Positions 19,179 to 29,933 of a stretch of 64,000 nucleotides of DNA are shown one piece after another. The notes below the pieces were generated by a model. That model was not told the DNA's origin. It searched no databases and was given only the letters and a program-made list of their open reading frames with translations. The stretch spans positions 3,296,001 to 3,360,000 of the forward strand of contig OZ250150.1 of assembly GCA_965237675.1 (NCBI GenBank), written 5' to 3'. The stretch is from Candidatus Latescibacterota bacterium (GTDB lineage Bacteria > Latescibacterota > UBA2968 > GCA-2709665). A program made the position numbers and the translations under genes. The first letter of the stretch is position 1. Every line of letters begins with the position of its first letter.

Positions 19179-20549
19179 ATGCCCGGTTTTCTCAGGAAAC
19201 GCACGGTGAAGTACGGTTCGAGTACGCTGGTTGCCGTCCTCGCGTTGCTTGCAAGCCTGGCGACGATCAACTACCTCGCCACGCGCTATCATCACCGGAT
19301 TGACATAACCGAGGGCGGAATGCGCAGCCTTTCCGATCAGACCACGACGTTGCTGGATTCTCTGGCGACGGATGTGCACGTCATCGCGTTTTTCCACGAA
19401 ACCGACCCCGAAAGGGCCGAATTCGAGGAAAGGCTCGCAACCTATGCCTACCATTCGGACCGGTTTACCTATACGATGGTCGATCCGGCGTTACAGCCCG
19501 GAGAAGCCAGGCGATACCGGGTAGGAAAGTCGCGGATATCTGTGGTCTTGTCGAAAGGACGGGAAGAGCGCGTTGCGGGGACGGAGGAGAATCACCTGAC
19601 CAACGCGGTGGCCAAGGTGGCCCGAAAGCGGCAGAAAACCGTCTATTTCTCAACGGGGCATGGAGAGCGGTCGCTAAAGAGCCCGGAAGGCGATTTCATC
19701 CGCGTCGGTCAGGCATTGCGGGAGGTCGGTTACGCGGTTCGCGATACACTGGTTCTGGATGCCGGGAAGGGGGTGCCCGAGGATTGTGATTTGCTGATCG
19801 TGGCCGGTCCGACAGCAGCATTTTCCCGGATTGAAGCGGATTCGATCCGCAACTATCTGGCCGGAGGCGGATCCGGGTTTTTTATGCTCGATCCCGGTGG
19901 TGAGACCGGCCTCGAAACGCTGCTGGCGAATTGGGGAATACAGGTCAACAACGACTACGTCCTGGGATGGGGACCGGGCGATCCTACAATGCCGGGTTCG
20001 GTCTGGTATGCAAGACATCCGGTTACGGAAAAACACCTCAGCCGAAATCTGAGGACGTTCTACAGACTCGCGCGGTCCGTCACGCGGAGCGAAACCGGCA
20101 GCGACATGGAGACCCGGGAACTCGTGGAGACCCATCCGCGCAGCAGCTGGCGGGAAAAGAACTTTCCGGGCGCTTCACCCGTTTTCGATCCGGGACAGGA
20201 TGAACGAGGGCCCGTGTCTGTCGCGGCAGCCACGATCGATAGGCCGAAATATCGTCGGTTTCGATCCTCCGAAGTCGGGTTGCGCCATACGCGGGTTGTC
20301 GTCTTCGGAGACTCCGATTTTGCGGGGAATGAGTTCTTCGATACGGTGGGCAACGGCGACCTGTTCATGAATGCGGTGAGTTGGCTGATGAAGGAGGGAG
20401 ACCTGATTTCGATCCGGCCCAAAATGTGGGCCTTCCGGGGCGTTATGATGACGGCAGAGGACCTTTTATGGCTTTCGTGGCTGTCCGTTGTGATTATTCC
20501 GGCCATACCCGTGATAATCGGGATTGGCGTGTGGCGCAAGCGGCGCTGA
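19179..20549 (+). CDS. GldG family ABC auxiliary protein
   Basis: RIDIT...SLS..T, VYFSTGHGE, LIVAGP, VFGDSDF, N.DLF.NAV.WL; TM anchors at both ends. Confidence 0.87.
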   Translation: MPGFLRKRTVKYGSSTLVAVLALLASLATINYLATRYHHRIDITEGGMRSLSDQTTTLLDSLATDVHVIAFFHETDPERAEFEERLATYAYHSDRFTYTMVDPALQPGEARRYRVGKSRISVVLSKGREERVAGTEENHLTNAVAKVARKRQKTVYFSTGHGERSLKSPEGDFIRVGQALREVGYAVRDTLVLDAGKGVPEDCDLLIVAGPTAAFSRIEADSIRNYLAGGGSGFFMLDPGGETGLETLLANWGIQVNNDYVLGWGPGDPTMPGSVWYARHPVTEKHLSRNLRTFYRLARSVTRSETGSDMETRELVETHPRSSWREKNFPGASPVFDPGQDERGPVSVAAATIDRPKYRRFRSSEVGLRHTRVVVFGDSDFAGNEFFDTVGNGDLFMNAVSWLMKEGDLISIRPKMWAFRGVMMTAEDLLWLSWLSVVIIPAIPVIIGIGVWRKRR

Positions 20550-20598
20550 CCCATCGCCGGAAGCCATTGCGCGCGCGGAACACGCACAGGCATGGAAT

Positions 20599-22011
20599 AT
20601 GAATGTAAAGACGACAGGTGGGCTGGTGCTGCTTTGGGTCGCGTTGGTCGGGTTTGTCTATTTTTTTGAAATCCGCGGCGCCGATGAGCGCGACAGGATC
20701 CACCGGGAGGCGGGGCGTCTGCTGCGTGTCGGAGGAGATTCGGTTAACGGGCTCACGGTTCACCGTGGTGACACCACCATCGTCCTGGCAAGATCGGAAG
20801 GCCGGTGGCGGATTCTGGAACCGGTGGCCACGGGTGGCGACGACGGCGAGATTGAGGGGTTGATCCGGACGTTACAGTATATGAACCTGGAACGGGTGGT
20901 GGCAGATAGCGCCCGTATGGCGGACGGACAGGCCCATCTATCGGATTTCGGCCTTGATAGGCCGAATCTGGCACTGGCGATTACACATGCGGACCGCGTG
21001 GACTCCCTCTTCTGGGGGGATCGAAGTCCGACCGGACGTTATGCCTATATCAGGTGGTCCGGGCATCCGGGGATACTCGCAGTTGGGGCTCCGTTCAGGC
21101 TCAAGGTGGAGAAGGGTCTGTTCGAGCTTCGCGACCGCCGGGTTGCGGATTTCGACAATCGCGCCGTCAGGAAAGTCCAGATCGAAGAGGGGGATGCGCG
21201 GATTGACGTAGAGAAGCGGTCCGGTGAATGGCGCCTCACCCATCCGGTCGAGGATCAAGCGGATGACGCGGCGGTTCGGAAGCTGATCTACAGGTTGCAC
21301 AATGCAGAATTCACGCATATGGTTGCTGAAACGACCCGGGAACCTGGGCGATACGGTCTTGAGAAACCGACGCTGACGGTGACGATCTTCGAAGAAGAAC
21401 GTGCGGAAAAGTCGACCGTCGTGATTGGACGGAGGAAGGCAGGAGTGAGATTTCCTCCTTATTTTGCGACATCCCTGGACAAAGAGATGGTTTTTCTGGT
21501 CGATTCGACCTTTGTCGCGGACTTGCGCAAGACCGTTACGGATTTGAGGTTCAAGCGTATTTTTGCGTTCGACACCCGAGGCATCAACAGGTTGAGGCTG
21601 GCATACCGGGACCGCGTAGTGGAATGTACGATAGATCCCATCGACAACACCTGGCAGGTGCTGGAGCCGAAGCTGCATATTGTTCTCGGACACCGAGTGC
21701 GTCATTTCTTGCGCACCATTGAACTGCTCGAGGCTGAACTGTTCGTCGCCGAAAGGCTGGAGAATCCGGACATCTACGGGTTTGATCGTCCGGCATTGGA
21801 GGTCACGTTCTGGAGGGACGGCGCGGTGGCGCAGAAGTTGATTATCGGAGAAAGGGATCGCAAAGTCTATGCAACGGGACTTCACCGTCCCCAGGTTGTC
21901 CGGATCGATCCCAAGCACCTGACGAACCTGAAGCTCGACCTTGTGCCCGTCAAACCGGACGTGGTCCAGCCCGATACCATACGGTGGGGCGAACAGGAGG
22001 TGACCGAATAG
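20599..22011 (+). CDS. DUF4340 domain protein (about three repeats)
   Basis: N-terminal TM; repeated W....P, (F/Y)G(L/F)..P.L and LRD/LRF motifs; usual GldG neighbour. Confidence 0.8.
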   Translation: MNVKTTGGLVLLWVALVGFVYFFEIRGADERDRIHREAGRLLRVGGDSVNGLTVHRGDTTIVLARSEGRWRILEPVATGGDDGEIEGLIRTLQYMNLERVVADSARMADGQAHLSDFGLDRPNLALAITHADRVDSLFWGDRSPTGRYAYIRWSGHPGILAVGAPFRLKVEKGLFELRDRRVADFDNRAVRKVQIEEGDARIDVEKRSGEWRLTHPVEDQADDAAVRKLIYRLHNAEFTHMVAETTREPGRYGLEKPTLTVTIFEEERAEKSTVVIGRRKAGVRFPPYFATSLDKEMVFLVDSTFVADLRKTVTDLRFKRIFAFDTRGINRLRLAYRDRVVECTIDPIDNTWQVLEPKLHIVLGHRVRHFLRTIELLEAELFVAERLENPDIYGFDRPALEVTFWRDGAVAQKLIIGERDRKVYATGLHRPQVVRIDPKHLTNLKLDLVPVKPDVVQPDTIRWGEQEVTE

Positions 22012-22014
22012 AAT

Positions 22015-22971
22015 ATGGTTCGTGTCCTGATATCGGTGTGGATCGGTTCCTGCATCCTGGCGTTGACATACCCCGACGCCAGCGCCGAAGTTGTCTTCGA
22101 CGCGACGGTAAATCGGGACACCCTCACGGTTGGCGATCCCGTTCTTCTCAGCTTGCGGATCAGTCGTGAATCGGGGGATGCCGCCGTACTCCTGCAGAAC
22201 GACGGTTTTCTCGCGCCATTCGAGGTGCGGCGCCAGGCGCCGCCGGCGGTTCGGGAGATGCCCGACGGGCGGGTGGAGGAGATCCTCGAATACGAACTCG
22301 CCGCGTACCAGGTGGGTGTTCTCGAGGTGCCCTCGCTGGTATTGCAGGTGCGGACGACCGAGGGCGATTCCGGATTGGTCACGTCCGAGCCCATACCGGT
22401 TGTGGTCCGCAGCGTAAAACCGGCGGATATGACGGATATTCGGGATGTGAAACCGCCGGTGGACATAGAAGCCAGGATACCGGTCTGGCTATGGTTCGCC
22501 CTGGCGGGTCTGGTTGTCGTCCTTGCCGTATTGCTGTGGTATTGGAAGCGGCGTCGCCGGAAACCGGACGTTGAGCAGCCGCCGGAGCCGATTGTCTGGC
22601 CGGACGAAGTTGCGAAGATCCTGCGAATGCAACTCGTGGAAAAAGGCGCTTTCAAGCGCTATTATAGTCTGCTTTCCGAGGTGATGCGCCGGTACCTGGA
22701 GGAACGGGTTCGGGTCGATGCAATGGAGTGTACCACGTCTGAACTGGTGCAGGACCTCATGCGTGTCTCGGTCGGGGAGGACGAGGTCAGGGCGCTGGAG
22801 CGGTGGTTGTCGGAGGCGGACCTCGTGAAGTTCGCGAAGCTCAGGCCCCGGGACGAGGTTGCAACGAAGGCCGCGGAAACGGTTCTGGATCTGATGCGGC
22901 GCTTGGACGGGCAGCGCGGCCTGAGCGACGAAGATACAGGAAAAGCGTCGCCGGCGGAAGCAGCGGTATGA
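22015..22971 (+). CDS. Membrane protein of MoxR/Bat operons (BatD-like N-terminus, DUF4381-like)
   Basis: Signal peptide, VGDP, IRDVKPP plus TM, R.YLE.R...A.E.TT.E, ADLVKFAK. Confidence 0.75.
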   Translation: MVRVLISVWIGSCILALTYPDASAEVVFDATVNRDTLTVGDPVLLSLRISRESGDAAVLLQNDGFLAPFEVRRQAPPAVREMPDGRVEEILEYELAAYQVGVLEVPSLVLQVRTTEGDSGLVTSEPIPVVVRSVKPADMTDIRDVKPPVDIEARIPVWLWFALAGLVVVLAVLLWYWKRRRRKPDVEQPPEPIVWPDEVAKILRMQLVEKGAFKRYYSLLSEVMRRYLEERVRVDAMECTTSELVQDLMRVSVGEDEVRALERWLSEADLVKFAKLRPRDEVATKAAETVLDLMRRLDGQRGLSDEDTGKASPAEAAV

Positions 22972-23954
22972 TTGAATTCAAGAATCCGGAATGGCTGTTT
23001 GCCCTGGTTTTTGTGCCGTTGTTGGTGTATCGATATGTTCGCCGACAGAGGCAGAGGCAGGGCAGCATTCGTTTTCCGGATCTGGGTGTGATCGGGCAGA
23101 TTCCGCCTTCGGTGGTCTTGAAGTTGCGGCACGCTTTGATTGGACTCCGCTGCCTGGCGTTGATCCTGCTGATTCTCGCGCTGGCACGTCCGCGTTCGGG
23201 GCGGGAAGGGCGGGAAATTCTCACCCAGGGAATCGACATCGTGCTTGCCCTGGACGTGTCGGGCAGTATGGCGTACAAGGATCTGGATCAGCAGCGAAAG
23301 TCCCGGTTGCAGGTGAGCAAGGAGGTCGTGAGTCAGTTCGTGCGGGGGCGGGTCAACGACCGGTTGGGACTCGTCGTCTTTGCGGGCGAAAGCTATACCC
23401 AGTGCCCGCTTACCCTCGATTACGGGATATTTCTGAGCTTTTTGAACGAGGTCCGGCTCGCCCAGGATTCCTGGGACGGTACAGCCATCGGAACCGGCAT
23501 CGTCACGGCGGTTAACCGGTTGCGCCGATCGGAAGCCAGGAGTCGTGTGGTTATTCTGTTGACGGATGGCGTGAATAACAGGGGTGAGGTGGATCCCGTC
23601 ACGGCCGCCCGGGCAGCCCGGGCGGTGGGCATACGGATCTATACCATCGGGGCGGGCAGCGACGGTGTGATTGTGATGGGCCAGGGCATGCTCCGACAGC
23701 GTGTTCGGGTCGAGATCGACGAAGAGACGCTGGAGGAGGTTGCGGACATCACGGGTGGTCGGTACTTCCGGGCCACCAGCGAGAAGAAGCTCGAGGAAAT
23801 CTATCGCGCCATCGGTGAGATGGAGAAGACGGAGATCAAGACGCGTGAATATGTAGATTATTCCGAGTTGTTTGCCATCTTTCTCTGGCCGGGTCTGGTT
23901 CTGCTCTGTGTCGAACTGACGCTGGCAAACACGCGGTTTCGGAGGATTCCATAG
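22968..23954 (+). CDS. batA: VWA domain protein BatA
   Basis: F.NP.WL, ALARP, MIDAS DVSGSM, CPLTLD, GTAIG, LLTDG, YTIG.G, TGGRYFRA. Confidence 0.87.
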   Translation: MIEFKNPEWLFALVFVPLLVYRYVRRQRQRQGSIRFPDLGVIGQIPPSVVLKLRHALIGLRCLALILLILALARPRSGREGREILTQGIDIVLALDVSGSMAYKDLDQQRKSRLQVSKEVVSQFVRGRVNDRLGLVVFAGESYTQCPLTLDYGIFLSFLNEVRLAQDSWDGTAIGTGIVTAVNRLRRSEARSRVVILLTDGVNNRGEVDPVTAARAARAVGIRIYTIGAGSDGVIVMGQGMLRQRVRVEIDEETLEEVADITGGRYFRATSEKKLEEIYRAIGEMEKTEIKTREYVDYSELFAIFLWPGLVLLCVELTLANTRFRRIP

Positions 23955-23955
23955 G

Positions 23956-24978
23956 ATGCGTTTCGGGGACGTTCAGGCATTCTGGTTCCTGTTGTCCGTG
24001 CCGGCGGCCATTTTGTTTTTCGTGGTTGCTTTTCGAAAAAAAAGGCGAGCCCTCTCTCGTTTCGGAAGCCCGGAACTGATGCGGAAACTGACGGCTGCCA
24101 CAAGTTGGAAGAGACAGTGGGTGAAGGCGGCGCTAACGGTTGGCGGATTGTTCTTCCTGGTCACGGCGCTGGCGCAACCCCGGTACGGGATGCGGCTTGA
24201 ACTGCTCAGCCGCAAGGGCGTCGACGTGATTGTCGCACTGGATACGTCGCTGAGCATGCTCGCGGAAGACATCCGGCCCAACCGACTGACGCGAGCGCTT
24301 TTTGAGATTGAATCCTTTATTGACCGGCTCAAAGGCGACAGGATCGGCCTGGTCGCGTTCGCGGGTCGCAGCTTTACGCTCTGCCCGCTCACCCTGGACT
24401 ATGGCGCCGCAAAGCTGTTTCTGGACTCGATCGACACCGATATCATTCCGGTAAAGGGCACGGCCATCGCTGAGGCCATTCGCGCGGCGACACGGGCTTT
24501 CGGCAGCGATGAACGCAAGTACAAGGTGTTGGTACTGATTACGGATGGCGAGGATCACGCAGACGACCCGGTGAAGGCCGCGAATGAGGCTTCGGAAGCC
24601 GGTGTGCGTATCTTCGCCGTGGGGGTTGGGACGACCGCCGGAGAGTTGATCCCGGTAAAACAGAATGGTCGGACTGATTTCTTGAAGGACGGGCGGGGAA
24701 ATTACGTGAAATCGCGCCTGGACGAAGCGAGCCTGCAACAGGTGGCCGGTGTGACAGACGGCGTGTATATTCGGGCGCAGACGGGCGGTTTGGGCATGGA
24801 CCGGGTTTACGACGAAATCTCGCAGATGGAGAAGAAGGAACTTGGATCGCGGAAATACACGCAGTACAAGCACCGATTCCAATGGCCGCTGGCCCTTGCG
24901 GTGGCCTGTTTTGTATGCGAGGCGGTATTGTCGGATCGACGAAGGGTACGAACAGAATGGCGAGGGCGGTTTCAGTAA
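23956..24978 (+). CDS. batB: VWA domain protein BatB
   Basis: ALAQP.YG, DTSLSMLAED..PNRL, GDRIGLVAFAG, ITDGEDH, RFQWPL. Confidence 0.87.
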   Translation: MRFGDVQAFWFLLSVPAAILFFVVAFRKKRRALSRFGSPELMRKLTAATSWKRQWVKAALTVGGLFFLVTALAQPRYGMRLELLSRKGVDVIVALDTSLSMLAEDIRPNRLTRALFEIESFIDRLKGDRIGLVAFAGRSFTLCPLTLDYGAAKLFLDSIDTDIIPVKGTAIAEAIRAATRAFGSDERKYKVLVLITDGEDHADDPVKAANEASEAGVRIFAVGVGTTAGELIPVKQNGRTDFLKDGRGNYVKSRLDEASLQQVAGVTDGVYIRAQTGGLGMDRVYDEISQMEKKELGSRKYTQYKHRFQWPLALAVACFVCEAVLSDRRRVRTEWRGRFQ

Positions 24979-25009
24979 CTTGAACTCGGATTCACGAGGA
25001 GTCTGTGCT

Positions 25010-25819
25010 ATGCGCCGATTTCTGATTGGTATCTTTTTAATTTCTCTTCTGGGCTTTACATTCCTGGATCCGGCCGCGAACAAGAACCGGCAGGGCAACC
25101 GCCTGTTTCATGAGGGCAAGTTTGAGGAAGCGCTTGAGTGCTATCGGGAGGCTCAGGTAGAAAAACCCGACGCACCGGAACTCAGATTCAACGCGGGGGA
25201 CGCCTATTTCAAAAAGAACGCCTATCAGGACGCACTTCGGGAGTTCGGACACGCGTTGAAGAGCCAGGACCCGTCGCTTCTAGCCCGGGCGTATTACAAC
25301 CTGGGCAATGTCCACGTCCGCCAGCAGAAACTACAGCAGGCGGCCGAGGCCTACAAACGGTCGCTGGCGCTGAGGTCGGACGACCTGGATGCGAAGGTGA
25401 ATCTGGAATGGGTTCTGGAGAAGATGCGGCAGCAGGAGAAAAGTCAGAACCAGGAACAGGAGCGAAAGGAGAACGGGGAGGAACAGAAGGAGAACCAGAA
25501 GGAGCAGAACAAAGAGGATGGGAATAACGAGCGGAACCGGGATCAACCGGAGGAGCAGCCGAATCAGGACCCGGACGGGAATCGAGATCAGAATCGGGAG
25601 CAACGGGAAAACAGGGAGCAGGAGGAGAGCCGGCGACAGGACGATTCCGGTGGACAGCAACAGAATCAACCGTCGTCGGAACCGGAGTCACGGTCCGAGG
25701 CGCTGAGTCGAGAAGAGGCCGAACGACTGCTGGATGCGATGAAAGACAGGGAAATGAAGTCCCAACAGTACCGTCGGTTGCGCGTGTACGGCAAGCGGTA
25801 CAGTGGAAACGAGTGGTAG
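25010..25819 (+). CDS. batC: TPR protein BatC with Q/E/N-rich linker
   Basis: Signal peptide, GN.LF..G, FNAG.AY, YYNLGN, low-complexity Q/E/N tract, EAERLL.A, terminal W. Confidence 0.82.
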   Translation: MRRFLIGIFLISLLGFTFLDPAANKNRQGNRLFHEGKFEEALECYREAQVEKPDAPELRFNAGDAYFKKNAYQDALREFGHALKSQDPSLLARAYYNLGNVHVRQQKLQQAAEAYKRSLALRSDDLDAKVNLEWVLEKMRQQEKSQNQEQERKENGEEQKENQKEQNKEDGNNERNRDQPEEQPNQDPDGNRDQNREQRENREQEESRRQDDSGGQQQNQPSSEPESRSEALSREEAERLLDAMKDREMKSQQYRRLRVYGKRYSGNEW

Positions 25820-25821
25820 AA

Positions 25822-27645
25822 ATGACACGCAAGCCCTTCCGTGTTCTCGTATTGGGCCTGATAATTTCGGGTAGCACGGCGTTTGCCGATCCACCGCGCC
25901 TTCAGGTTTCCGTCGACCGGACCCACGTGGCGTTGGCCGAGCAGGTCACGCTTACGGTAACGTTGACGGCCGACGGCGAAGTACCTGAGCCGGAAATGCC
26001 GATTCCTGGCGGTTTCGACGTCATCGGGCGTTCGTCCTACACGACCCAGGAAGTAAATATCACGAACGGCCAAGTGGTGACGACGCGCAATAATTCGTAC
26101 GTATATACCCTGCGGGGAAGGCGGGAGGGCAGCTTTCAAATTGGCCCGGCTCACGTCGAATATCAGGGCAGGCGGCATGAATCCGGGACGGTTCGGGTGA
26201 ATGTCGTAAAAAGCAGCGGGCGGCCTCGGGCACGCCCCGCGCCGTCGCCAGGACAGTCTTATGGCGATCGGGATGTGGAGGCATTGGAGGAGAATCTGTT
26301 CGTTGCCACCACGGTGGACAGGAACACGGTGTATGTGGGAGAGCAGGTCACGGTTTCCTATAAGCTATACACACGCTGGGCGTTGCGCAATATCAGCTAT
26401 GGTCGCCTGCCTGCCTATAAGGGTTTCTGGTCGGAGGCCCTGTTTGATGCGCAGCGTGCCAGTTTTGTCCGCGAGGTTTACGACGGCCGCCAGGTCGACG
26501 CCATGCGGTTGAAGACGGTGGCGTTGTTTCCCACGGCGTCCGGGAAACAGCCGCTGGACGGGCTTGAAGTCGTGTGCCAGGTTCAGGAACGCGCGAGGCG
26601 CAGAAACCTGTTTGATATGGACGATTTTTTCGGTTTTGGAAACAGCCGGGAAGTGCGCGCGCGATCCGAAGACGTGGAGATTGACGTCTCGCCTCTGCCC
26701 CCGGGCGCTCCGGCCGGGTTCCGCGGCGCGGTGGGCCGGTTCGACATATCGGTTGAGGCGTCGCCCGTATCGGTTGCGGAAGGAGATCCGATCGCGGTGA
26801 AGGTGAGGGTGCGTGGAACGGGTAATCTGAATGCCGTGGGCGAGCCGGTTCGTCCAAAGGGGAACGCGTTCAAGTTCTACGACCCGAAGTCAACCGTAAA
26901 CGCAAGAAACACGAACGGTCGCATCGGCGGAGAAAAGACCTTCGAATATGTCGCGATACCCAACCGACCCGGGAACGGACGGATCGGTCCGTTTTTGCTG
27001 GTCTATTTTGATCCGGAAAAAGAGCGATATCATACCGTGCGTTCACAGGTGGTTTCGGTGAGTGTGACACCGGGCAAACAGGCCGCAACCGCAGGACCCG
27101 TATTGAGCCGGAAAGAGATCGAGATGCTCGGGCAGGATATTCGTCATCTGAAGCCGGATCTCGAATATCTGGACGATCACGGCAGGCTGCTGTTAACGAA
27201 CAGCTGGTTCTGGGCGATTCAGTTTGTGCCCGTGCTCGGTTTTCTCGGGATCGTTGCATACAAACGCCACCGGGACCGGCTTATGGGCGATGTGGCCTAT
27301 GCCCGCAGGCGTCGTTCGGGATCTGAAGCCAGACGACGCCTGATACGGGCCCGAAAACGGCTCCAGGAGGAAGACGGACTGGCGTTTTACGTTGAAATCG
27401 ACAGGGCGTTGGCCCAATTCCTGGCTGATCGATTAAATTTGCCGGTAGCGGGTATGACCCCCGAGTTTGCCGCGCAGGCACTCCATGAGAAGGGTGTGCC
27501 GGATGCAATCGTGTCTGAAGTGAGGGCTGTCTTCCTGCGTTGCGATTACGCACGTTTCGCCTCGGCGCAGGTGCCGGAGAAGGAGCGCAAGGAACTCTAT
27601 GGCGTGACGGCTGCGTTGATCGATGCCCTGGGAGCCAGGATATGA
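25822..27645 (+). CDS. batD: BatD family protein
   Basis: Signal peptide, repeated V.VGE Ig-like modules, F.GAVG.F, G.GNL, YFDP, DIRHLK plus TM. Confidence 0.85.
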   Translation: MTRKPFRVLVLGLIISGSTAFADPPRLQVSVDRTHVALAEQVTLTVTLTADGEVPEPEMPIPGGFDVIGRSSYTTQEVNITNGQVVTTRNNSYVYTLRGRREGSFQIGPAHVEYQGRRHESGTVRVNVVKSSGRPRARPAPSPGQSYGDRDVEALEENLFVATTVDRNTVYVGEQVTVSYKLYTRWALRNISYGRLPAYKGFWSEALFDAQRASFVREVYDGRQVDAMRLKTVALFPTASGKQPLDGLEVVCQVQERARRRNLFDMDDFFGFGNSREVRARSEDVEIDVSPLPPGAPAGFRGAVGRFDISVEASPVSVAEGDPIAVKVRVRGTGNLNAVGEPVRPKGNAFKFYDPKSTVNARNTNGRIGGEKTFEYVAIPNRPGNGRIGPFLLVYFDPEKERYHTVRSQVVSVSVTPGKQAATAGPVLSRKEIEMLGQDIRHLKPDLEYLDDHGRLLLTNSWFWAIQFVPVLGFLGIVAYKRHRDRLMGDVAYARRRRSGSEARRRLIRARKRLQEEDGLAFYVEIDRALAQFLADRLNLPVAGMTPEFAAQALHEKGVPDAIVSEVRAVFLRCDYARFASAQVPEKERKELYGVTAALIDALGARI

Positions 27646-28469
27646 GGGGCCAACGTGGACGGTCGGTCCGGCGTCGAAGAATGCGCCGGGTTTCGATTAC
27701 CGCCGTCCCTGCTGCAGGCGTGGTCTGGCGGACGGTGCTGGTATTTCTGCTGGTTTTCGGGACCGTCGGGGGCGCCGGGACCGCCACGCAGATGTACAAT
27801 GAGGCGAACGCCCTATATCGGAAAGGTGAATTCGAGGCGGCGGCGGGTCGGTACACAGAGGTGGTGTCTCAGGGTGTAAGGAATGGCTATGTTTATTTTA
27901 ATCTGGGCAATGCCTATTTCAAGACCGGAGAAATCGGACAAGCCATTCTGGCCTATGAGCGGGCTCTCAGGTTGATGCCGGGAGATGAGGACGTGCTTGC
28001 AAACCTGCGGTTTGTGAACGTCCTCAAAGAGGATAGGAATCCGGATGACGATGTCAATCTTCCCACCCGACTTATCTTGTCAGTCTACCGGCATTTAAGC
28101 GCGAATGTTTTGGCTGTGTTGAGCAGCATCTGTCTGTTGATGATGTCAGCGGCTGCCGTGTTCTGGCTCTATTCGACCTCCCGTCGTTCCGTATGGATCG
28201 GGCTGCTGGTACTGATGGGGCTGGGATTGTCCGGTTCGGGCACGCTGCTGTCGTACAGGGTTTATAGCAAAGCGGCCGTTTCCGATGCGGTTGTCCTGGC
28301 GGATGATGTGCAGGGGCGCAGCGGGCCGGGGGACGACTATCTGCTGGTATTTACCGTCCATGAAGGCACGAAGGTAGGTATCGAACGGGTTGAAAACCGC
28401 TGGTACCTGGTTCGATTGCCAAACGGCATTGGTGGATGGGTGCCGGGTGATACGGTGGGAAAAATCTGA
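27642..28469 (+). CDS. batE: TPR plus SH3 protein BatE (start may be 27681)
   Basis: ANALY..G, YFNLGNAYFK.G..G.AI..YERAL.L.P, two TMs, HEGTKV...GWVP. Confidence 0.85.
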   Translation: MRGQRGRSVRRRRMRRVSITAVPAAGVVWRTVLVFLLVFGTVGGAGTATQMYNEANALYRKGEFEAAAGRYTEVVSQGVRNGYVYFNLGNAYFKTGEIGQAILAYERALRLMPGDEDVLANLRFVNVLKEDRNPDDDVNLPTRLILSVYRHLSANVLAVLSSICLLMMSAAAVFWLYSTSRRSVWIGLLVLMGLGLSGSGTLLSYRVYSKAAVSDAVVLADDVQGRSGPGDDYLLVFTVHEGTKVGIERVENRWYLVRLPNGIGGWVPGDTVGKI

Positions 28470-28586
28470 TTTGTACTACACGGACTGGCGGACGGAAGCA
28501 GGGTGGCGCTCGTTTTCGGACCGCCCGGACCGAAACGACAGTATCTTCCGAAGCGTGACAGTTTTGTATTTGTCTCAAAGGTCGAC

Positions 28587-29933
28587 ATGATGTCGTATAG
28601 AGCCTGGTTCCAGTGTTTTAGAGGATGCGACGGCCGTTATCCGCTGACTCAGATCGTTTACGCGTGTCCGAAATGCGGCGGCCTGTTGGAGGTGACCCAC
28701 GATCTGGATGCACTGCGTACCAGGTCTCCGCAGTACTGGCGTGGGTTGTTCGATCGACGGTATATGCACACGGAATGGCCCTACGGCAGTTCGGTGTGGG
28801 GCAAGAAGGAGATGGTCTGTCCGGTCGTGGACGACGACAATGTGGTATCGATGTATGAAGGGGGCAGCAACCTGTTTTGGGCGGAGCGGTTGGGGCGTGA
28901 GATCGGGGTCGAGGACCTGTGGGTCAAGCAATGTGGAAACAGCCACACCGGTTCGTTCAAGGATCTGGGTATGACAGTACTGGTGTCAATGGTCAATCAG
29001 ATGGTTGCCGAGGGTCAGCGGATCCCCGCGGCCGCGTGCGCCTCGACGGGAGATACCTCCGCGGCACTGGCCGCCTACTGCGCGCACGCGGGCTTAAAGG
29101 CGGTTGTGTTCCTGCCACGTGACAAGGTCTCCACGGCCCAACTCGTGCAGCCGATGGCCAACGGGGCGCTCGTGTTGAGCCTGGATACGGATTTCGACGG
29201 GTGCATGAAACTGGTTCAGGAGATCTGCCATAACGAGAACATCTACCTGGCCAATTCGATGAACTCGCTTCGGGTGGAGGGTCAGAAAACCGTCAGCGTG
29301 GAGTTGCTCCAGCAGTTCGATTGGAATATGCCGCAGTGGATCGTGGTTCCCGGGGGGAACCTGGGAAATGTCAGCGCACTGGGCAAGGGTTTCAGCGAAT
29401 TGGCGGAGATGGGTCTGATCGACCGGTTGCCCCGAATTGCCGTTGCACAGAGCGCTCGTGCGAATCCGCTTTACTTGAGCTACCAGAAGGGTTTCGACAG
29501 TTTCGAGCCGATCAAGGCGGACACGACCCTGGCCAGCGCCATTCAGATCGGCGAACCCGTCAGTACGGAAAAGGCGATACGGACCCTGCAGACCTTTAAC
29601 GGCGTGGTGGAACAGGCCACGGATCAGGAACTGGCCGATGCGGCGGCGCGTGCGGATCGAACGGGATTGTTCTCCTGTCCGCACACGGGCGTGGCATTTG
29701 CCGCGCTTTTCAAGCTGGTGGATCGGGGCGTCATTCAGAAAGATGACCGGGTCGTGGTGATTTCAACTGCCCATGGTTTGAAATTCACCGAATTCAAGAT
29801 CAGATACCACCAGGAGGAACTACGGGCGTTCGGCGTGGATCCGGACTATGCGAACCTGCCCGTGGAATTGCCGGCCGATTACGGGAAGGTTCGCGACGAG
29901 ATCTTTCGCGCGCTTGATTTTTACGATGGTTGA
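28587..29933 (+). CDS. thrC: Threonine synthase, plant-like long form
   Basis: [15 protein letters not shown] (PLP Lys), [33 protein letters not shown]. Confidence 0.92.
   Translation: MMSYRAWFQCFRGCDGRYPLTQIVYACPKCGGLLEVTHDLDALRTRSPQYWRGLFDRRYMHTEWPYGSSVWGKKEMVCPVVDDDNVVSMYEGGSNLFWAERLGREIGVEDLWVKQCGNSHTGSFKDLGMTVLVSMVNQMVAEGQRIPAAACASTGDTSAALAAYCAHAGLKAVVFLPRDKVSTAQLVQPMANGALVLSLDTDFDGCMKLVQEICHNENIYLANSMNSLRVEGQKTVSVELLQQFDWNMPQWIVVPGGNLGNVSALGKGFSELAEMGLIDRLPRIAVAQSARANPLYLSYQKGFDSFEPIKADTTLASAIQIGEPVSTEKAIRTLQTFNGVVEQATDQELADAAARADRTGLFSCPHTGVAFAALFKLVDRGVIQKDDRVVVISTAHGLKFTEFKIRYHQEELRAFGVDPDYANLPVELPADYGKVRDEIFRALDFYDG

Noticed and set aside
18147-19454. 435-aa minus-strand ORF, and similar long antisense ORFs over the pot genes, DUF58, tuf and secY
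   Set aside because: Fully overlap well-supported + strand genes; no family motifs
17464-20549. Gld genes as evidence of gliding motility
   Set aside because: GldA/F/G-like ABC modules are widespread in non-gliding bacteria; no T9SS or motor genes in the window
25430-25690. Repetitive CAG/GAG/AAC-rich DNA, a possible repeat array
   Set aside because: Encodes the usual Q/E/N-rich BatC linker; no fixed repeat-spacer period, so not CRISPR
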